A DNA stretch of 64,000 nucleotides, taken from assembly GCA_951406725.2 (NCBI GenBank), contig OX597817.1, positions 16,926,001-16,990,000 of the forward strand, written 5' to 3'. The notes beneath the pieces are model-generated. The model was not told the DNA's origin. It made no database searches and worked only from the letters and a program-made list of their open reading frames with translations. Shown one piece after another: positions 12,931 to 24,323 of the stretch. The position numbers and the translations under genes are program-made. Every line of letters starts with the position of its first letter. The stretch's first letter is position 1. The stretch comes from Octopus vulgaris. Lineage: Eukaryota.

Positions 12931-13930
12931 TTATGGTCAAATGCAGCAAAGCAAATTTCAATTGTTAGCTCAGGTCAGATATTGAAACATGCATCATTGC
13001 AGCGTGTCGCTGCACCCACCATGTGTCGGTACTTAATCTGGTTTCCCGGGTAACTTAGCGAACGGTGTCCCAGTCGGTCCCCATCTCAATTTCCAGTCGA
13101 ATCTAATTCACAACGTGCTGGTAATTTCCTTGGAAAAGATACGAACCGTTTATCTTTAATTTTCTCCTTGACCTAAAACAGAGGATTTTGTATACAGTAA
13201 AAAAAAATCCATTATTTCTTGCGTTATTTAGTCAGGTTTGTTTATGTTCAAATACCGCCGGGGTCAATTTAGTGTTTTATGTTCTGGGGTCGATAAAAAA
13301 AGTACCTATCAAGATCTGGAACCCATTAAATAGATTACACCTTCCCTTGAAATTTAAAGTATGCGCCTAACTTAGGAAATACAGTAGAATGTCTGAATGA
13401 CTTCCTAACAATTTCTTTCGACCCCTAAAACAGAATCTAAAGCTTCGACTTGTTTCCCCGGATTTTAGTATATATTTTAAGAATTCCTTAATTAGGCATG
13501 GACATATAAAGCAAGCAGAATCATGCATTTTGCTGGAGTACAACGTAAGATTTACAGCGAGATAAGGACACACAGCCTAGTGTTCTAATTCCTCATCACT
13601 TGAACATAAAGCAAAAAGTAAGACGGAAACGTGTCAACTGATATGTGAGCTTGTTTTTCATTCTTTGTCGGTTGATAAAATAAGTACCAGCCAAGCAATG
13701 ATTTTGATTAAAATCAAAATGCCCAAGCCGGTGGTTAGTAGGAAGAGATATATGTCACAACAATGTTAGCAACAGCGAAAAATATAGTTAAATGTCATCC
13801 AAGAAATTTTTACAAATTTGGAAACAGATGTTAAAAACAAAAAATAGACAACGTGACAATTATACAGACTTGCAAGCACGATATTCGCAACACAACTTTA
13901 AAAAGCAAACACACAGAAAAAAAAAAGAAT

Positions 13931-14145
13931 ACTCTCTTTTTCTTGCTTTTACTTGTTTCAGTCATTTTGACTGCGGCCATGCTGGAGCACCGCCTTTAGT
14001 CGAGCAAATCGACCCCGGGACTTATTCTTTGTAAGCCCAGTACTTATTCCATCGGTCTCTTTCGCCGAACCGCTAAGTGACGGGGACATAAACACACCAG
14101 CATCGGTTGTCAAGCAATTCTAGGGGGACAAACACAGACACACAA

Positions 14146-14220
<75 letters not shown>

Positions 14221-14387
14221 CATATATACGACAGGCTTCTTTCAGTTTCCGTCTACCAAATCCACTCACAAGGCATTGGTCGGCCCGGGGCTATATCAGA
14301 AGACACTTGCCCAAGATGCCACGCAGTGGGACTGAACCCGGAACCATGTGGTTGGCTAGCAAGCTACTTACCACACAGCCACTCCTG
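13931..14387 (-). mobile_element. SINE family A
   Basis: Reverse-complement match to the family A consensus. Confidence 0.9.
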
Positions 14388-15245
14388 AGCCTATATGCTA
14401 CTGAAAACGCTACATTGAATGAGAGAAAAAAATCAGTGATGTTTGTACCAGAGATGAGGCCTCATCTTATGCTGGTGTTGTGGGGTAAATGAACTGCCTT
14501 CATATAAGCCTGCTCTAAGTGAAGGAAAATAATTTAGCAGGCCATGTCGAAAATGACAATGAATCTATGAAAGTGCAAGAAAAAAGCGACACCTCTTTGT
14601 TGCGAATAAGAAAGAGAGTTGCTATATGTATGCAAAAATGAAAATAGAGAGAGCCATGGTTTATGCGTAGGAGCAATGTATTCTCTTGAAATAGGACAAA
14701 CGGAAATGCACGCATTATCTTTAAGATTGAGAATCGGGCGGAGAATCAGTTAGAGAATGTACGTCATACACCTATCTTCAGACTGTTTCCGCGGTATGTG
14801 AATAAAAGGAATGCAAGATTCACAGCTAGAGACATTGCTACTAATGCTGGCATTTGACTAGTCGTCATCTTCGTGGGACAATGCTGGCAGATGGTGAATA
14901 CGGAGATGACTCGCAACAACACGCGATCGATTGTGTTTTCAGTAATTCGAAAGGAGAACCCAAGCTCCCTTGATTTGATACCGAGTTTAAAAGTTGTCAA
15001 AAACTGTGTAGGTTGAAGAGTAGATAAGAACTAATGCCATGTAGTTGAAGATAGATGGTTGCTGAAGGTCATGTAGGTGATCCAAAGCTGTAGAGGATGT
15101 GGGGCTTACAGGATAATTCTGAAACCTTAATTTGGAAAAGATGATCGGAGCAAAAAGTAATCAGCGATATGAGTGAAATGGCCATTTTCTTTGTGTGTGA
15201 AATGCTTACCCGTACAAATAAACTTTTTTAATATATTATGTCGTA

Positions 15246-16260
15246 TAAGGCGCGAGCTGGCAGAATCTTTAGCCCGCCAGGCAAAATGCTTAGCGGCATG
15301 TTGTCTGTTTTATGTTCTGAGTTTAAATACTGCCGCTGTCGACTTTGCCTTTCATCCTTTCTGGGTCGGTAAAATAAGTACCAGTTGATCATTGGGGTTG
15401 ATGTAATCATCTGGCCCCCTCCCCTGAAATTGCTAGCCTTGTGCCACATTTTGAAACCAATATATTAAGCTGTATAAGGCGGTGAGCTGGCAGAATCGTT
15501 AGCACGTAGGGCAAAATGCTTAGCGGCATTTCGTCCGTTTTTACGTTTTTACGTTCAGCAGAGCTCGACTTTGCTTTTCATGGTTTCGGGGTCGATAAAA
15601 TAAGTACCAGTTTCGCACTGGCGTCGATGTAATCGACTTACGTCCTTCCCCCAAAATTTCAGGCCTTATGCCTATAGCAGAAAGGCTTATTAATATTATC
15701 ATTAGTCTTTCCTTTTCCTCAATTTTGTTTTCATTTCTTGCCGAGTGTCTTCCCGACACCTTGGTCAAAGAGACTCCCTTAATACATCGATAGACCATTA
15801 AAATAAGCACACCAGATTGTTCATTTACAGACGGCAGCGAACTGACTGAATAGTCACCGCGTCGGACAAGATACTTAACAGCATTTCCTCTGTCTTTATG
15901 TTCCGAGTTCAAATTCCGCCGAGGTCGACTTCGTCTTTCATCCTTTCGGAGTCGGTAAAATAAATACTATTTGAAAACTGGGGCTGATGTGATCGACTTA
16001 CCCCTTCCTCCAAATTTCTGGCCTTGTGCAAAAATTTGAAACCAATATTATTATTAAGGCAGCGAACTGGCAGAATCGTTAGCGCATTGGACAAAATGCT
16101 CACCAGCATTTTTTCCTGTTCTTTACGTTCTGTGTTCAAATTCGGTCTTTCATCCTTTCGAGGTCGATAAACTAAGTATCATTCACGTACTTGGTCGAGG
16201 TAATTGACTTGCCACTCCTATCGAAATTGCAGGCTTTGTGCCAGAATTTGAAACGATTGT
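15246..16260 (+). mobile_element. Cluster of four family D-related SINE copies
   Basis: Heads similar to aaggcg.gagctggcagaatc at about 15247, 15476, 15832 and 16056. Confidence 0.75.
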
Positions 16261-16661
16261 AATCGGATGTTATTGCAAATATCTGTTTACAATCAGAATT
16301 AAACCGAAGAAAAAATACAATTATATTCTAACGGAAATGGTCCAAGTTTGAAACTTCATGAAACAGTATTAAGTAGTTTGTGTCCTATGATTGTAACAGA
16401 AACTATAAAAAATCTTCAACGTTAGATACACAGATTTATTTTGTCTTGGTGCAATACCAATTTGCATAGAAAGTTCGATATAAACAAAAGAATCAATGCA
16501 ATACATTACAGGTATTTATTTTATTGATCACAGAGGGATTAGAGGTAAAGTGGAGATCAGCAAGATTTGAATAAGTACGTAAAGCAACGTGACTAAATAA
16601 TGTAAGTATTTTAGTCTTGAGTTTGTTGCAGTTTCTAATTAAACTTTTTTCTTGTTATCTG

Positions 16662-16694
<33 letters not shown>

Positions 16695-16703
<9 letters not shown>

Positions 16704-17146
16704 CTAGTTTCAGCTCAGAGCTGTGGCCATGTTGATGCGCCGCCGTTTTGTGCTACACTGTTATTACGACGAGCCTCGTCTAATATGTGGCACTTGGTGA
16801 AGAATGGAGTTTGATACAGCTACTCTCATTTGCACCTCTTGCCGTGAGGTAGGTTCATCTGGGACTCTCGAAAGGAAGATGTCCAGCTTTGATTTAAAAA
16901 CCGCTACATCTACTTTGTGCAAGTTCCTCAGACTCTTTGGGAGAATATTAAAAAGCTGTGGGCCCTTGAAACCCAGGCTGTTGCAGAAGCTGGTCCTGAA
17001 GCGTGATGGTATTGCTGGGATCTTTGGCACTATGCAGTGTCGTCCCGTTCTAGCATTGGTGTAGCTTACAATGCCAAAATTTGGCACAATTCCTTCCAGG
17101 ATCTTCCAGACATATATCACTGCATACCTCTCCCGTCTTCTCTCCA
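16695..17146 (-). mobile_element. 5'-truncated LINE 3' end (CR1/L2-group) inserted in (TA)n
   Basis: LERRRERYAVIYVWKILEGIVPN...GPQLFNILPKSLRN...FKSKLDIFLSRVPD is a typical ORF2 C-terminus. Short 3' UTR and A-tail follow. Confidence 0.85.
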
Positions 17147-17219
17147 GTATATATGTATATATATATATATATATATATAGCAAAGATATCCAACCTTACT
17201 CGGGAATAAAACGTCATAT

Positions 17220-17463
17220 TATTTTTTATTGTTTTACTTGTTTCAGTCATGTAACTGCAGCCATGCTGGAACACCACCGTTAGTAAAAAAAATCGACCAC
17301 AGTATTTATTCCTTGTAAACCTAGTACTTATTCTATCAGTGTCTTTTGCCGAAACGCTAAGCTATGGAAGCGTAAACTTAACAACATTGGTTATCAAGCA
17401 ATGCTGGGGGGAATAAACACAAACATACACACGCGCACACATACACACGCGCACACATACACA

Positions 17464-17521
<58 letters not shown>

Positions 17522-17580
17522 TATGCACCAGTTTCCCTGTACGAAATCTACTCACAAGGCTTTGGTCGGCCTGAGGCTAT
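17220..17580 (-). mobile_element. Diverged SINE family A
   Basis: Tail and body match the consensus with many substitutions. Confidence 0.75.
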
Positions 17581-17581
17581 A

Positions 17582-17613
<32 letters not shown>

Positions 17614-17637
17614 ATATATATATACCCGTATATCTAT

Positions 17638-17670
<33 letters not shown>

Positions 17671-17671
<1 letters not shown>

Positions 17672-18232
17672 TAGCAGTATCGCCCGGCGTTGCTCGGGTT
17701 TGTAAGGGAAATAACTATATAAGCATTTTTAGAGAGTTATAGCCAAAAATTAGCAAAAAAAATGCATTAAAAATGGAAAAAAAATTATGGTCAATTTTTT
17801 TTTAAATCGTTGACTCATCGTAGACATTTTCTGTTTTGGTGTCTTCAAGCCATGAAGTCGTTGTTCTAAAAGAACGCTGGTCTCCTTGACAACGTTTTAC
17901 GACGTTGATTTCCTTACACTCCCTTCCCCACAGCTTCACGAGGGAGGGAAGAAGGGGAGAAGCAACACAGGTGCAGGTGTGACCATGGATGCCAACTCCG
18001 CCGCCATCGACACACGAAAAAATATGCGTTAAAATGGAAAAAAATTATGTTAAATTATTTTTAAAATCGTAGGCTCATCGTAGACGCGCGCTAATACCCA
18101 GACGGGCTTGATATGAATCACGACTATAAGATACCCGAATTTGGTTAAACTGCACCGCAAAATGTGGGAGTAGTTAGGAATCTAAATCGTAGGAGACAGA
18201 CACTCACACAACTACAGTTTTATATATATAGA
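17671..18232 (-). mobile_element. Non-autonomous Helitron in (TA)n
   Basis: Same termini and hairpin as 10291-10691, with a different internal segment. Confidence 0.85.
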
Positions 18233-18309
18233 TATATATACATATATATCCATATATATATATATATACATATATATATACATATATATATACATATATA
18301 TATCCACAT

Positions 18310-18473
18310 AGGCGTAGGAGTGTCTGAGTGGTAAGTAGCTTGCTTACGAACCACATGGTTCCGGGTTCAGTCTCACTGGGTGGCAACTTGGGCAAGTGTC
18401 TTTTACTATAGCCTCGGGCCGACCAAAGCCTTGTGAGTGGATTTGGCAGACGGAAACTGAAAGAAGCCCGTCG

Positions 18474-18480
<7 letters not shown>
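18310..18480 (+). mobile_element. SINE family A, 5' half
   Basis: Matches from the head to the internal microsatellite. Confidence 0.85.
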
Positions 18481-18504
<24 letters not shown>

Positions 18505-19133
18505 AGAGAGAGAGAGAGAGATAAAACTTAATTGGAAAAGGATGCGTGTCGTTCGATCATATGATAATATAAATAATATATAAATATATGCATATATACA
18601 TACATATATGTACATAACTACATATATATTTATATGTACATGCATATATGGGTACAGGACATCAAAAAAATGTTGAGCACAATGAGAAACGAAAACATAA
18701 GAACAAAAACATAGAAAACGAACTTTTTTTCGAACAACGAAAAAACAGAGAAACAAGATATGCAACATAAAGAATATTCCCCTTCATCAGTTGTCCCTGT
18801 TTCATCTACTCCGCGTTCCGAAGGCAAGGACAATACGCGACTTCATTGAAACAGTCCTTCCCTCAAAGCAAATTAAATAAAATTTGGGATTTTTTGCGGA
18901 GGGTGAAAGTGGTAACAAAAACAGGACAGAGAGAACAAGACAGTAAAAACAACGGTGAGGGCTGTTAAGCCAAGACGATAGAAACATTATTATGGACGCT
19001 AGCAGGACGAGATTATGAAAGGAGACAGGTATAAGCACGTGTTGTCTTTAGGAAGGAAATGGGCAGAAAGGTTCCCTTTCGTCACGTGTTAGCGACGAGG
19101 GAGTCAAGGAGGAAGAGTGAGAGAGAGGCGGCA

Positions 19134-19235
19134 TTTGACCAAATGCCACATATTAGAGGAGGTTCCAAATAATAGTGTAGCTCAGTCAATGGTAGTGCTC
19201 CAGAATGACCACAGCTTTGCAGTTGAAATATTTAA
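19134..19235 (+). mobile_element. Diverged LINE 3' end, same family as 16695-17146
   Basis: ccacatattagaggagg...gtgtagc...gtgctccagaatgaccacagctttgcagttgaaa matches the other LINE ends. Confidence 0.65.
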
Positions 19236-19309
19236 AAGATATTTTAAAATTTAAACTATATACATATCCATATTCATATATGTATATAAATATATATACG
19301 TGCATACAT

Positions 19310-20045
19310 AAATTATAATAAGGGTGTTGAATGATTACAACACCAGTCTGCTAGAAATAGACCCCAAAGGTCTATGAACCACTTAGATTATTAGTCAATT
19401 ACACAAGGCTTGTAAGCGAGGAAAATAGAGGAAAATCTTCGGTGTCTATTTTCCTCGCTTACAGCCTTGTGTATTGGAATAATGGAGGCGCAATGGCCCA
19501 GTGGTTAGGGCAGCGGACTCGCGGTCATAGGATCGCAGTTTCGATTCCCAGACCGGGCGTCGTGAGTGTTTATTGAGCGAAAACACCTAAAACCCCCACG
19601 AGGCTCCGGCAGGGGATGGTGGGGATCCCTGCTGTACTCTTTCACCACAACTTTCTCTCACTCTTACTTCCTGTTTCTGTTGTACCTGTATTTCAAAGGG
19701 CCGGCCTTGTCACTCTCTGTGTCACGCTGAATATCCCCGAGAACTACGTTAAGGGTACACGTGTCTGTGGAGTGCTCAGCCACTTACACGTTAATTTCAC
19801 GAGCAGGCTGTTCCGTTGATTCGGATCAACCGGAACCCTCGTCGTCGTAACCGACGGAGTGCTTCCAAAAGAAACATTGGAATAATAATCTAAATGGTTC
19901 ATAGACCTTTGGGGTCTATTTCTAGCAGACTGGTGTTGTAATCATTCAACAACCTTATTATAATTTTAATATATATTAACCATTATGGTATTTTTAGTAT
20001 GCTGGCCGCTAATAAATCATTATATAATGATTTTATCCTAATTAT
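19310..20045. mobile_element. Palindromic (fold-back) element with about 120-bp arms, right arm interrupted by a SINE
   Basis: 19310-19429 is the reverse complement of 19445-19483 plus 19887-19966. The right side extends further, to the (TA)n at about 20050. Confidence 0.85.
19484..19875 (+). mobile_element. SINE family B
   Basis: TSD attggaataat at 19473-19483 and 19876-19886. Confidence 0.92.
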
Positions 20046-20053
20046 GTAAATAA

Positions 20054-20142
<89 letters not shown>

Positions 20143-20289
20143 ATATATATATATATATAAATATGTATATATTTAGAAGCGTTAAGATGTATTGAAAGAT
20201 ACAGATAAGGAAATATTTTCTGCAAAATATAGATAGTTTATCCTGTTCATGCTAAGTTATTTTCTTCTCTATGTGTGTGTATATATATA

Positions 20290-20653
20290 TTACTGTTTTT
20301 CTCTGTTACTTGTTTGAGTCATTTGAGTGTGGCCATGCTGGAGTACAGCTTTTTAGTTGAAGAAATCGACCCTTGGGCTTATAAGCCTGGTGCTTATTCC
20401 ATTGATATCTTCTCTCGAACCGCCAACATCAGTCTCTAAATGATGGTGGGGGAAGAAGCAAACACAGACACAAATACACATACATAAATATATATAAATA
20501 GGACAGGCTTCTTTCAGTTTCCGTCGACCAAATCCACTGATACGGCCTTGGTCGGCCGAAGGCTATAGCTGAAGACACTTGCCGAAGGTGCCATGCAGTG
20601 GGACTGAATCCAGAACCATTTAGCAAGCTCCTTAGCAAATAGCCACGACTGCG

Positions 20654-20657
<4 letters not shown>
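20290..20657 (-). mobile_element. Diverged SINE family A
   Basis: Reverse-complement match with deletions. Confidence 0.75.
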
Positions 20658-20727
<70 letters not shown>

Positions 20728-20728
<1 letters not shown>

Positions 20729-21102
20729 TAGCAGTATCGCCCGGCGTTGCTCAGGTTTGTAAGGGAAATAACTATAAAGCATTTTTAGAGAGTTATAGCC
20801 AAAAAATAGCAAAAAAATGGAAAACAAATGATGGTAAATTTTTTTGAGAGTTAAAAAAGGTAGAGTTGCGTCCCCTAGACGGTCTGTGGTTTGGGTTTCT
20901 AATTCTCGACCCCATGTCGAATTTATCGATTTTTTTCAGAACTGGGGGAACTTTTCAAAATTTTCGCTGCGTTAGTTTTGAATTATGACATTGGGCTATG
21001 TGTGTGTCAAGTTTCATCAGAATCGGTTGAAAGCCGTGGTCAGAGTGAGGGTACGAGAAAACAGACACACAGAAACACGCACAGACAAACTGCCGTTTAT
21101 AT

Positions 21103-21107
<5 letters not shown>
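20728..21107 (-). mobile_element. Non-autonomous Helitron in (TA)n
   Basis: 3' CTAG end and hairpin as in 10291. The 5' end is of the type seen in 33682-34270. Confidence 0.8.
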
Positions 21108-21192
<85 letters not shown>

Positions 21193-21268
21193 TTAGAGAC
21201 AAAACCACTATTTTGTAAATCAAACAAGGAAAGACTTAATCAATACATTAAAAAATTTTAATATAAAG

Positions 21269-21311
<43 letters not shown>

Positions 21312-21362
21312 CATAATACATATACATAATATATATATATATATATACATAATTTATATATA

Positions 21363-21503
21363 TTTTTTTCTAGTTTCAGCTCAGAGCTGCGGCCATGCTG
21401 ATGCACCGCCGTTTTGTGCTACACTGTTATTACGACAAACCTCGTCTAATATGTGGCACTTGGTGAAGAATGGAGTTTGATATAGCTACTCTCATTTGCA
21501 CCT
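21363..21503 (-). mobile_element. Short LINE 3' end in (TA)n
   Basis: Nearly identical to 16695-16838. Confidence 0.85.
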
Positions 21504-21590
21504 CTATATATATACATAATATATATATATATACATAATATATACATAATATATATATATATATATATATATACATAATATATATACATA

Positions 21591-21621
<31 letters not shown>

Positions 21622-21625
21622 CATA

Positions 21626-21656
<31 letters not shown>

Positions 21657-21684
21657 TATATACATAATATATATATATATACAT

Positions 21685-21748
<64 letters not shown>

Positions 21749-21812
21749 GTATATACATAATACATACATACATACATACATACATACAAACATACATACA
21801 TACATACATATA
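21504..21812. repeat. Compound (TA)n/(TACA)n microsatellite
   Basis: Directly visible. Other long (TA)n tracts lie at about 3077, 8744, 20059, 20661, 21108, 22992, 33310, 35196, 41776 and 49054. Confidence 0.95.
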
Positions 21813-22018
21813 ATACCTAAGTTGTGACGTGTCTGTTTTCGCTAGTAAAATATAGTTGAGTGTTGTTTTAATGGACGGCCATCCCTATTGACTTTTAAGA
21901 CAATATCCGGGGGGGGGGGCATTTTTACGACAACTGAACAAACAGCGGTAGATTAGAATAAATTGTTTGTGAAACGTCGTATCTACTTAGACGCTACACT
22001 TCTATATGACAAATTTGT

Positions 22019-22406
22019 GGAGGCGCAATGGCCCAGTGGTTAGGGCAGCGGACTCGCGGTCATAGGATCGCGGTTTCGATTCCCAGACCGGGCGTTGTGA
22101 GTGTTTATTGAGCGAAAACACCTAAAGCTCCACGAGGCTCCAGCAGGGGATGGTGGTGATCCCTGCTGTACCCTTTCACCACAACTTTCTCTCTCACTCT
22201 TTCTTTCTGTTTCTATTGTACCTGTATTTCAAGGGGCCGGCCTTGTCACTCTCTGTGTCACGCTGAATATCCCCGAGAACTACGTTAAGGGTACACGTGT
22301 CTGTGGAGTGCTCAGCCACTTACACGTTAATTTCACGAGCAGGCTGTTCCGTTGATTCGGATCAACCGGAACCCTCATCGTCGTAACCGACGGAGTGCTT
22401 CCATCC
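22019..22406 (+). mobile_element. SINE family B
   Basis: TSD atatgacaaattt at 22004-22016 and 22407-22419. Confidence 0.92.
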
Positions 22407-22769
22407 ATATGACAAATTTATATATTTACTGAGGTAATGAGAGAGCCCCTTTGTGATCGGTTTACCTGAAGAAATAACAGTTAAATCACCTTAAAACCAT
22501 ACCTGCCGTTTGGAAACTGTTCCATTGAATGATGTTGTCCGGGGTACATTATACCTGAAAATTAATCGTTGGGTCATGGCTAGAATGTCTTTTATCACAG
22601 TTCTCATCAAGACTTAAACAACAGCAATTAGTTGATTCCTTTATTAAACAAATCTCCTCTTGTTTACTCTGGAAATTTTCAGTTTTCAGAAAGACAGATT
22701 TTAAAACAGGTTTCTAGACACAACTCAGAATTTAATTAAATTCAATTTTAATAATATATATAATGATTT

Positions 22770-22985
22770 TAAATTTAGCACAAAGCTAGCAATTTACGGG
22801 GAGGCGAGTAAAGTCGATTATATCGATGCCAGTGCTCTACTGATAGTTATTTTATCGACCCTGAAAGGATAATAGGTAAAGTCAACCGCGGCGATATTTG
22901 AACTCATAACGTAAAGAACTGGAAGTAATACTGCTAAGCATTTTGTCTATCGTACCAACGTTTCAGTCAGCCAGCCTGCCGTTTT
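22770..22985 (-). mobile_element. Older family D-related SINE
   Basis: Reverse-complement match. Similar diverged copies at about 24465-24675 (-), 25388-25600 (+), 31670-31890 (+) and 39120-39675 (-). Confidence 0.7.
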
Positions 22986-22987
22986 AA

Positions 22988-23098
<111 letters not shown>

Positions 23099-23195
23099 AT
23101 CCAAACAAGAAAACACAAAAAAAAAACAAAACAACGCGAGGACGTGGAACAAATAAAGTATTATTGGACGCTCAGGAAAGAAGGGAAGAAGGAGG

Positions 23196-23230
23196 GTTTA
23201 ACGTTTCGAGCGGAGCTCTTCGTCGGAATC
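23196..23230 (-). ncRNA. Minimal type I hammerhead ribozyme motif (CCGACGA core)
   Basis: Minus strand reads gatt CCGACGA a gagc tcc gctc GAAAC GTT aaac. Stem II is 4 bp, stem III is the palindrome AACGTT, stem I has one mismatch. Lies in a short element (about 23094-23310) abutting (TA)n. Confidence 0.6.
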
Positions 23231-23507
23231 ATAGGAGAAGGAAAGATCCCGAGAAGGGAAGACAGAGGAAAAAAATCGCCAGCGGTACTCACAAGGTCAC
23301 ATAACCATAAAGTCAGGAGGCATGAGAAATGAATATATATTGATTTAACCACGTAATTTTCATAAGGTTATGGCCGTTTTGCAACCTTCTTCATGCTGTA
23401 TCAATTTCAGTATGGAAGAAATGCGTACAAGTTTGCATTAATAAGTATGGTCAGCATTGTATAATACAATCGTGGCGTACGATTCTCTGAATTCACACCT
23501 TACACTA

Positions 23508-23565
<58 letters not shown>

Positions 23566-24099
23566 AGACGTGATGTTCCAAGGATTCAAATTGCAATTTT
23601 TTTTTACTTATTAAGCTTTAAATGTAGGATAACGTTTGAACCATTTATGACTCTCGTTTTTCATCTATAACAAAAAAATTAACAAATATTTACGTTTGAT
23701 ATTCCAGTTCATGTGTAGTTTTGATACAAATATTCCAGCAGTTCAGCTTACTATGTTAGAGATTAAAAGAAAAATCCATGTGTTTAGGACATCTACGACG
23801 TTTGAAGTTCTGACCATTAATGTCACATTGTACAGTTCCGTGCAAAAGTCTTCGACCACTTTAAACTATTGTAAATTTCTACTATTGTCAACTTATAAGT
23901 GGATGTTTCACATTGCGATTTTTACAGATGAAACATAGGCCCTGTTAGAGTCATTTCCATACCTAATCATTACATTTTGTACTAGGGGTTCTAAATGAGA
24001 GGAGAAGATGCGAGACGACCACCGAAAATGGCCGTCCAAAAGTTTTCGGCCACCTCGCATAAACCATTCAAGATATATTGTTTTAAAACAGAATAATGT

Positions 24100-24130
24100 C
24101 AAGTGATGTTGCGGGGGAGGTCAAACACAG

Positions 24131-24161
<31 letters not shown>

Positions 24162-24323
24162 CGTCGGGCTTCTTTCAGTTTCCGTCTACCAAATCCACTC
24201 ACAAGGCTTTGGTCAGCCTGAGGCTATAGTAGAAGACACTTACCCAAGGTGCCACGCAGTGGGACTGAACCCGGAACCATGTGGTTGGTTAGCAACCTAC
24301 TTACCACAGAGCCACTCTTGCGT
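24100..24323 (-). mobile_element. SINE family A, 5' part
   Basis: Reverse-complement match. A separate 3' tail fragment lies at about 24815-24930 (+). Confidence 0.85.

Noticed and set aside
18640-18830. CTGATGA on the minus strand at 18785-18791 as a hammerhead core
   Set aside because: No stem II partner followed by GAAA could be found downstream. May be a repeat relic but is not supportable.
19484-19556. tRNA gene (CGC-anticodon-like loop)
   Set aside because: Stems are imperfect and it is the head of a TSD-flanked multi-copy SINE.
23831-24062. Tc1-like TIR (tacagttccgtgcaaaagtcttcgaccac)
   Set aside because: No matching inverted end or transposase was found.
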